Source of the DNA: a virus
Reading direction: 5' to 3' (one strand)
IMG/VR virus record: IMGVR_UViG_3300032287_003731
Span: 1 to 64,000 of that record
Length of the DNA: 64,000 nt
The notes under the pieces were generated by a model. The model saw only the letters and a list, made by a program, of their open reading frames with translations. It ran no database searches and was not told the DNA's origin. Below are positions 58,101-64,000 of this stretch, in pieces (within the stretch, counting starts at the first letter, position 1; each line of letters begins with the position of its first letter). The translations under genes were made by a program, and so were the position numbers.

Positions 58101-60459
58101 AGGATGCTGTTAATGCATTTTGAGCTAATGATGCCGTTGAAGCAAAGGATGCACTAACTGCATTTTGAGCGAATGATGCTGTACTAGCAAACGATGCTGA
58201 AACTGCGTTTTGAACGAATGAAGCAGTAGATGCGAATGAAGCACTAACTGCATTTAACACATATGAAGCTGTGGAAGCAAACGAAGCAGATACAGCATTC
58301 TGAACAAACGATGCTGTACTGGCAAACGATGCTGAAACTGCGTTTAGCACGTATGATGCTGTTACTGCGTTTTGAGCTTGTGATGCGCTTAATGCATAAG
58401 ATGATGATATAGCGTTTAAAACGTACGAAGCTGTTAGTGCTTGGGATGCACTTACTGCCCAACTTGCAGTTCCAAACAACGACCCTGTAATTCCAGCTCC
58501 TACAACAGTCAAACTACCAGTTATACTTACTGAGCCTGTAAATTGATGTGTATTAGTGAGCTGAGTACCGAAACGAGTTGATCCAGTAACAAAGTCAGTT
58601 GATGAAGTAATTACCTGTGCTATAATAGTTTGAGCAGTTAATGTACCTCTTACCAAGAAATTATCTGCTGATGAAGCAGTTGCTGCATAAGATGCACTTA
58701 TTGCATTTAGTACATAAGATGCACTTACTGCATTTTGTGCTTGAGATGCACTTAATGCGTATGATGCGCTTAATATACTATTACTTCCATAAGGACCATA
58801 CACATTAGATGAAGTAACATATGATGCTGTTGCTGCTGTAAATGAACCGGTTCCTAAATAATATAATTGTCCTGAACTTGAATTATAAGCTACAAAATGA
58901 GGTTGACTAACATTAGTTAATCCTGGTAAAAATACTGAGCTGGTTATACGAGCACTGCCTGATACATCTAAAGTATATGCTGGTGAAGTAATACCTATTC
59001 CAAAATTACCTGTATTTAATAAAGTAGCTTTTACTGTATTGTTTGTAATAAATTGTAATGGAAAATTATTTATAGTTCCAACTATACCAGCATAAGCAGT
59101 AGTACCTGTTAATATGCCTCCTCCAGAGTTAGTTTCAACTCCTAATCTTAAAACACTAGTTGTATTTGATACATCAACTATAGTATAGTTTGTAAGATCA
59201 TTTCCTTGATTAAATACAGTCCATTGTTTTTTTACAAACATATTTTCTGTACTAGCAGCAGATGCTGTTCCTATACCTACAAAACCATCATTTCTTAAGT
59301 ATAATAATTCAGTTGATGAAGCATTTATAACATTTAAAGCAACAGTAGCCGATGTAGAGCCTGCTCCTTTTACTTCTAGTCTAGCTGAAGGTAAAACAGT
59401 TCCACCACCTATAGTAATATTACTACCACTTTGATACATTACACTGCTTGTTAAAGCAGTATTTGTTCTCCATAGTGTAATATAGTTTGTAGTACCTCCT
59501 TCCACATTAGAAGCAGTACTAGCGTATGATGCTGATAACGATGATGGAGAATAACTTGCTGTTGAAGCAAACGATGCACTTAAAGCATACGATGAACTAA
59601 ATGCTTGTGATGCACTAAGCGCGTATGATGAACTAAATGCTTGTGATGCACTAAGAGCATACGAGGCACTTATTGCATTTAAAACATAAGATGCTGTTAC
59701 AGCGTATGATGCACTTAGTATACTGTTTTTTCCGTAGGGACCATCAACGTTAGAAGAACTAACATATGATGCTGTTTCTGCTGTTGCTGTTGTTACGGTG
59801 ACATTAAAAGTACTGCTATTACCTTTAGTGAATGTAATTGTAGAGCCAACAGCAGACGCTGTTATTAATCCTTGAAGTGGTAATGATGCTGTTAAAGCGT
59901 ATGATGCTGTTAATATACTATTTTTACCATAAGGACCATCAACATTAGAAGAAGACACATATGATGCCGTTTCAGATGTTGCTGTTGTTACACTAACGTT
60001 AAAAGTACTGCTATCGCCTTTAGTAAATGTAATTGTAGAGCCGGCTGCTGATGCTGTAATTATGCCTCGTATAGGTAAAGATGCAGTTGAAGCATTAGTT
60101 GCTGTTAAAGAATTTAATGCAAATTCAGAATAATCTGCTTTATAAGCAAACGATGCTGTTCTTGCTAGTTGAGAATAATACGAATGAAGTGAAAATATAC
60201 CAAATAAAGTATTAAGAGAATTAGTAGCATTTAATGCTACAGCAGCATAATTAGCATATGATGATGTTAAAGCATATGATGAACTAACAACACTACTTCC
60301 CGATCCTGCTAATATAACAACGCTTGGTACTCCTGCTGTTTCTTTTTTAAGATATAAAGTACCATCATTAACGTTAAGCGCTATTTCTCCTAAATCTAAA
60401 TCTAAAATAGTAAATCCCTGACCAGGGATTGTTGTATAATTTGGAATAATCTTTGGCAT
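55090..60459 (-). CDS. Giant fibre protein with C-terminal peptidase S74 intramolecular chaperone (1789 aa)
   Basis: SDRNLKYDI...GVYYKW...IGLIAQDVEKVIPQLV...VDYNHLTALLIEAIKEQQKQI; shares repeat modules with the 2729-aa protein. Confidence 0.85.
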   Translation of the reverse strand: MPKIIPNYTTIPGQGFTILDLDLGEIALNVNDGTLYLKKETAGVPSVVILAGSGSSVVSSSYALTSSYANYAAVALNATNSLNTLFGIFSLHSYYSQLARTASFAYKADYSEFALNSLTATNASTASLPIRGIITASAAGSTITFTKGDSSTFNVSVTTATSETASYVSSSNVDGPYGKNSILTASYALTASLPLQGLITASAVGSTITFTKGNSSTFNVTVTTATAETASYVSSSNVDGPYGKNSILSASYAVTASYVLNAISASYALSASQAFSSSYALSASQAFSSSYALSASFASTASYSPSSLSASYASTASNVEGGTTNYITLWRTNTALTSSVMYQSGSNITIGGGTVLPSARLEVKGAGSTSATVALNVINASSTELLYLRNDGFVGIGTASAASTENMFVKKQWTVFNQGNDLTNYTIVDVSNTTSVLRLGVETNSGGGILTGTTAYAGIVGTINNFPLQFITNNTVKATLLNTGNFGIGITSPAYTLDVSGSARITSSVFLPGLTNVSQPHFVAYNSSSGQLYYLGTGSFTAATASYVTSSNVYGPYGSNSILSASYALSASQAQNAVSASYVLNAISASYAATASSADNFLVRGTLTAQTIIAQVITSSTDFVTGSTRFGTQLTNTHQFTGSVSITGSLTVVGAGITGSLFGTASWAVSASQALTASYVLNAISSSYALSASQAQNAVTASYVLNAVSASFASTASFVQNAVSASFASTASYVLNAVSASFASTASFVQNAVSASFASTASFAQNAVSASFASTASLAQNALTASFVTASNVWGPFGSNSIISSSFASTASFVQNAVSASFAATASSADNFTVRGTLTAQTIVTQVITSSTDFVTGSSRFGTLLSNTHQFTGSVSITGSLTVVGAGITGSLFGTASWANNTISSSYALSASQAQNAVSASYVLNAVSASYALSASNAQTASYVLNAVSASFATTASYALSASQAQNAVTASYVLNAVSSSFASTASFVQNAVSASFASTASLARNALTASFVTASNVFGPFGSNSVISASFASTASFVQNAVSASFAATASSADNFTVRGTLTAQTIVTQVITSSTDFVTGSSRFGTLLSNTHQFTGSVTITGSLNVTGAGITGSLFGTSSWAVSASQALTASYVLNAVSSSFASTASFVQNAVSASFASTASFVQNAVSASFASTASFVQNAVSASFAATASYITASGVFGPFGSNSVISASHAVTSAFAANSSGVSGGAANYITMWTSATALSSSVMYQSTGNIGIGTITPNAKLDVNGNTIITGSLTVAPSNNIELQVQTTGVKIGNVITDTHTITGSVNVSGSVTATNFTGSLFGTASWAVSASQALTSSYVLNAVSASFASTASFVQNAVSASFAATASSADNFTVRNTLTAQTIVVQTITSSIDFVTGSSRFGTLLSNTHQFTGSVGMTGSLIVVGAGITGSLFGTSSWAVSASQAVTASYILNAVSSSFASTASYVLNAVSASFASTASYVLNAVSASFALSSSRAVSASFALTASYITASGVFGPFGSNSVISASHAVSASRAITASYASNANLSGGTTDYIPIWTSNTTLGISQIYQTQSAFTNTAGNYDISHYIASSADGSAAIVFRGTDYVVGGNTQINHTSLGISSFVNYGFASYTGSGFYGSGSLDLDSVKLSFLDTDKFEFSSSGMFRAADDVVGFYSFSDRNLKYDIRQVCGSVALDQVQQLQGVYYKWIGNQGSRANREEIGLIAQDVEKVIPQLVREQERLGQGTFKTVDYNHLTALLIEAIKEQQKQIDELKSRLDAFTK

Positions 60460-60497
60460 ATTTTATATTACAACGTCAACAGTGTTGAATATAAATA

Positions 60498-60722
60498 TTA
60501 AAATGAATTATTTCCTAAGTCTAACGTGTAGAAACTGCCACTATCGCCGAATGTATCTACGTTTTGAATTGTAATAGAACCAGTTATTGTTGGTGTTGAT
60601 GCTACATAAACTGAGCCTGAGACTATAAATGATGGGTCTGAGCTGCCACTAAGAATTAATTGGTTAGTAGTGGCATTATATGATAAATTAGATAATACTT
60701 GTTTTAATTTTAATCGTGCCAT
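60498..60722 (-). CDS. Small virion-type protein
   Basis: SGS/TGS-rich like the fibres; directly follows the upstream gene. Confidence 0.6.
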   Translation of the reverse strand: MARLKLKQVLSNLSYNATTNQLILSGSSDPSFIVSGSVYVASTPTITGSITIQNVDTFGDSGSFYTLDLGNNSF

Positions 60723-60723
60723 T

Positions 60724-61968
60724 TTAAATGAATTTACCTACAGCTATTATTTGGTCTGTTGATTCAAACGAGTACTCTAAATTAGTAGTGTTTACTGTTA
60801 AAGTACAAGTTCCATTTCCATTATCAGTAAATGATGTAATAGCATTTGCATCTACGTATTGACCATTAACAAAGAAATTAAAGTTAGTAGCGGATGTTGC
60901 TGGTAATGGTGATGGAGCTGCTAAGAAAGATCCATTAAATATAGCTGTATTTGATGTAATAGTAGCAGCATACCTTGTTATACTTGTTCCTAAGTATGAA
61001 GCTAATTCAGTATTTAAAGCTACAGTTGTACTTGTTATGTTCACATTATAAGAATCAACAGCCGATGTAGCTCCCATTGCTGTTTTAGGTGCTGGAGTAG
61101 CTTTACCAGTGGGTGAAAATGTTTCAGCAGTTTCTGACGTTTCGAGCGTAAATGTTATTCTAGATGGAGAATAATGCATATTAGTATCTGATAGATGTTG
61201 GTTAATACTATTAGCAATTAAGTATCCATTTACTTTTAAAGTAATATTAGTAGTTGCTACTCTATCTTCACCAGTATTAATAATATTTGTTGTAGCAAAA
61301 CTATCAATCATAGTTCTAAATTGCCATCTATTTTTATCACCCCAATATGAATCAGCAGCATATTCAATTGCTTCAATTAATTTGTTATTTTGTTCTACAT
61401 AATTAGTTAAAATAACAACCTCATATGTTAGAGTAACATAATCAGGTACTACAGAAACATAATATTGTTTTGATGGTATTCTATTTGTTAATATAGAAAA
61501 TTTATCATATTGATTTCTTTGATTATATCTACTTTCAAATACTTGAAATAAAGATGCTAAGTTACCATCTATTTTATTACCTAAATTTCTATTTTTTTCA
61601 ATTCCATTTCTTTTAAACATTATAAGAGGAATTACTAATTTACCATTAGTATCTCTATAATAACCATCTTGTTGTACTGATTTCCAGCGCTCAGGAGAAC
61701 CATACATTACTGGAACATTAATTACATTACCATCTTGTACTACAGTAGGTAAAATAGCAGTTTCAAAATAGTATTTAATAGCATAATCAATATCTTCTAA
61801 ACCAATAGTAATATCCTTTATATTATCAGTTTTACGAGTAGTGTTTAATGCTCTATTATCACGATGAGTGAATACATTTTGACTAACTGGTTTGTCCTGA
61901 TAGTAAGGATTAATAGTATCTTGTACTATTTCTGCTTGATTTTTTGGTATAGGTTTGCGATTTTGCAT
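60724..61968 (-). CDS. Tail terminator/sheath stabiliser-like protein (gp15-like) with extra C-terminal domain
   Basis: VPVMYGSPERW, PLIMFKR, PDYVTLTYE; position after the neck genes. Confidence 0.55.
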   Translation of the reverse strand: MQNRKPIPKNQAEIVQDTINPYYQDKPVSQNVFTHRDNRALNTTRKTDNIKDITIGLEDIDYAIKYYFETAILPTVVQDGNVINVPVMYGSPERWKSVQQDGYYRDTNGKLVIPLIMFKRNGIEKNRNLGNKIDGNLASLFQVFESRYNQRNQYDKFSILTNRIPSKQYYVSVVPDYVTLTYEVVILTNYVEQNNKLIEAIEYAADSYWGDKNRWQFRTMIDSFATTNIINTGEDRVATTNITLKVNGYLIANSINQHLSDTNMHYSPSRITFTLETSETAETFSPTGKATPAPKTAMGATSAVDSYNVNITSTTVALNTELASYLGTSITRYAATITSNTAIFNGSFLAAPSPLPATSATNFNFFVNGQYVDANAITSFTDNGNGTCTLTVNTTNLEYSFESTDQIIAVGKFI

Positions 61969-62318
61969 TATTTGCCTGATTTTCTTAATTCTAACATCTT
62001 ATCTAGAGCTTTTGTATACTTGTATAATTGATTATGAAGTTTATTTATTTCTTTAGCAACTTCTTTAATGTCTTTATCAGGATAATATAAAAAGGCTTCA
62101 AATTCTTTTTTACTATTAAATATATTTTTTCTCATTTTATCCATCTTAGGAAGATAAATTACTTGACTTCCTATGATTATACTTCCTTTATCAAATAATT
62201 CTTTTTGCTGTTGTGGGGTTAATTTAGTAATATCATTAGTAATTTCTTCTGGTTCTTGACCCGGAGAATATATTTGACCTGGCTTTTCTAGTTCCTTTAT
62301 AATATTTAATAATTTCAT
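61968..62318 (-). CDS. Hypothetical protein
   Basis: 116-aa ORF starting MKLLNIIKE. Confidence 0.6.
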   Translation of the reverse strand: MKLLNIIKELEKPGQIYSPGQEPEEITNDITKLTPQQQKELFDKGSIIIGSQVIYLPKMDKMRKNIFNSKKEFEAFLYYPDKDIKEVAKEINKLHNQLYKYTKALDKMLELRKSGK

Positions 62319-62328
62319 TATATATATT

Positions 62329-62670
62329 TTAGTATGATCCTACTTTAGTAATTGTATCGTATCTTGGAATAAACTGTAATAATCCAGGTACTCTATTTTT
62401 AGTTACAGCATTTATACCAATTTGTTTAATTGATGTTTTAGCATCACCTCTTCCAATATACTTTATTTTAATCAAAGAATATTCATATTGAGGTGTTTTT
62501 TTTCTATTTAAAAAATCACTTTGTACTACAGTCACAACAACTACATCTTCTAATGCTCTAATTTCATTATATATTTCTACCTTATTTTGTTCAGCTTCTG
62601 TTTTAATTAGAATATCACATCTAAAAATAGTAATACCTTCATTTAATAATATTTTTTCTAAAATTCCCAT
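62329..62670 (-). CDS. Hypothetical protein
   Basis: 113-aa ORF translationally coupled to the upstream gene. Confidence 0.6.
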   Translation of the reverse strand: MGILEKILLNEGITIFRCDILIKTEAEQNKVEIYNEIRALEDVVVVTVVQSDFLNRKKTPQYEYSLIKIKYIGRGDAKTSIKQIGINAVTKNRVPGLLQFIPRYDTITKVGSY

Positions 62671-63263
62671 TAGCTATACTGTATTAAGTTAAGTTTTGTT
62701 GTTCTTGTTAAATGAGCTACTACTTTATATACTACTATTTGACCAGGAGTACCAACAGTTGATTCAGATCTACCAGTACCAGGTATAGTTATAAATGATC
62801 TATTTGAATCATGCACTTCATAATATCTTTCTTGATCAGTAACTATATCTCCTACTTCAGGTAAAAAATCAAGCTCAGCTAAAGTTATTTTTGGTATTGT
62901 TAATGTTAGTGTTTGATTAACATCAGGTCCGTATTCAGTGTCAGTATAAACAAAATCACCTCTTTCAATTAAACATCTTACCTCTACTGGGGGATAATAC
63001 CATTTTTCTATTGATTCACCATACATATTTGATTTAGTATTAATTAGGTCTATTTTAAAATAGCCTACAGTCATATTACTAAAACGAATAGATGATTTAG
63101 CAGCTTGATCTATAAATGTATTTATAAAATCAGCACCAGTTGGAGGTAATTCAGGAGCAGTAGGAACTCCTTCTTTAGTTACCGGAGCAGAAGGAACTAC
63201 AGTTGGATAATTCGGATCGGGGCAGTTATCTACAGGTATATATTTTGTTATTCCTCTTGGCAT
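62670..63263 (-). CDS. Neck/head-closure protein (gp14-like)
   Basis: SNMYGES..K.Y..PV, PEVGDIV...YYEV; position after the gp13-like gene. Confidence 0.55.
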   Translation of the reverse strand: MPRGITKYIPVDNCPDPNYPTVVPSAPVTKEGVPTAPELPPTGADFINTFIDQAAKSSIRFSNMTVGYFKIDLINTKSNMYGESIEKWYYPPVEVRCLIERGDFVYTDTEYGPDVNQTLTLTIPKITLAELDFLPEVGDIVTDQERYYEVHDSNRSFITIPGTGRSESTVGTPGQIVVYKVVAHLTRTTKLNLIQYS

Positions 63264-64000
63264 TAGAATATATAAATTGGTAATGGTATTTGAGTTAAAG
63301 TGTCACGAGCAAATTGAGCTTCTTGTTGTTGACGCTCTAATTGTGATTTACGCGATACTTCATTTAACATTTCTTTTAATTCAGTTAACAGTTGTTCTTT
63401 TTCTGTTCTAGCGTCTTGAATTAAATCGGAGCCTTGTAATGCACCTACACCTTGAACGTTAACTGTAGAATATTCTAAACGAATATGAGCTTCAATTTCA
63501 CGGCATAGTGCTAATGTATATTTAAATATCCAAGTTCTACCCACAGTGTTTATTCTAGAGTATATTGGGTTTCTATAAGGAACATTCATTACATCAGTAA
63601 CAACATTATTTCTATTATCCTTTATAGGATTAAATTTATCACTAAATTTAACATACTCAAAAAATAATTTTTTATTTTCAGTAGGTATAGGAAATATTTT
63701 TAATTTATTATTTACTAAATTAAATGAATAAGCTGCTTTTCTGATTTGATCATTAAACTCAATCGCTTGTATTTTTTGTATATCAAAATAAATAGGCATT
63801 AATAAGAAGTTAATACCTGGTGAGAATTGACCAAACCCAAAAGTTTCAAGTAATGATTGAATACCTGTACCTGTGCCAGCATATGGATCAAAATAACGAA
63901 CAATTGCTGGTGGTTCTTCATAGAATACTCTTCTAATTTCTATTTTATCGCCTGGATCTAATGATGCTGAGTCTGCAGCCCATACATTTAAATCATAATC
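63263..64000 (-). CDS. Neck protein (gp13-like); 5' end lies beyond the window
   Basis: The frame stays open upstream of 63799 to 64000 (DYDLNVWA...IEIRRVFYE.PPAIVRYFDPYAG); C-terminal WIFKYTLA...LQGSDL..DA..EK..L..EL. Confidence 0.6.
   Translation of the reverse strand, partial: DYDLNVWAADSASLDPGDKIEIRRVFYEEPPAIVRYFDPYAGTGTGIQSLLETFGFGQFSPGINFLLMPIYFDIQKIQAIEFNDQIRKAAYSFNLVNNKLKIFPIPTENKKLFFEYVKFSDKFNPIKDNRNNVVTDVMNVPYRNPIYSRINTVGRTWIFKYTLALCREIEAHIRLEYSTVNVQGVGALQGSDLIQDARTEKEQLLTELKEMLNEVSRKSQLERQQQEAQFARDTLTQIPLPIYIF

Noticed and set aside
46660-59760. CRISPR-like array in the repetitive region
   Set aside because: The repeats are degenerate, codon-periodic and inside long ORFs, with no constant repeat and unique spacer pattern.
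40804-60459. Diversity-generating retroelement or shufflon acting on the fibre genes
   Set aside because: No reverse transcriptase or invertase is in the window. Repeat differences are mostly synonymous rather than adenine-specific, and all copies are in-frame coding.
1-64000. tRNA or rRNA genes
   Set aside because: Intergenic gaps are short and AT-rich, and no cloverleaf or rRNA-like sequence was recognised by eye. tRNAscan-SE would confirm.

Overview
This window is a low-GC segment of a large T4-like myovirus genome (jumbo-phage style), with all credible genes on the minus strand. Eight promoters resemble the Bacteroidota TTTG-N19/20-TAnnTTTG consensus, so the host is probably a Bacteroidota bacterium (inference). 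In transcription order (right to left) it contains: neck/head-tail joining genes; three giant modular Ser/Ala/Thr-rich fibre-like proteins (1789, 2729 and 1753 aa); tail sheath, a free-standing GIY-YIG endonuclease and tail tube; a tail chaperone pair probably joined by a +1 frameshift; tape measure and baseplate genes; a compact family-A polymerase; ssDNA-binding protein, UvsX/RecA, 5'-3' exonuclease, helicase, thioredoxin and class II RNR; a divergent 7-deazaguanine DNA-modification cluster (queD, dpdA-like, queC, queE, folE, plus a thioesterase); a dUTPase/dCTP deaminase and two glycosyltransferases; a family-B polymerase split into two genes around a homing endonuclease; a sliding clamp; and a phage Hsp20-GroES-GroEL cluster. 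A second motif, ATATTTAT (near reverse complement of the T4 late promoter), precedes 15 mostly structural genes. The most unusual items are the split PolB alongside a minimal PolA, the non-canonical deazaguanine enzymes, the +1 frameshift, a 17-bp inverted repeat bracketing hsp20, and possible glycosylation of the giant fibres. All family assignments come from motif recognition by eye, with no database search.
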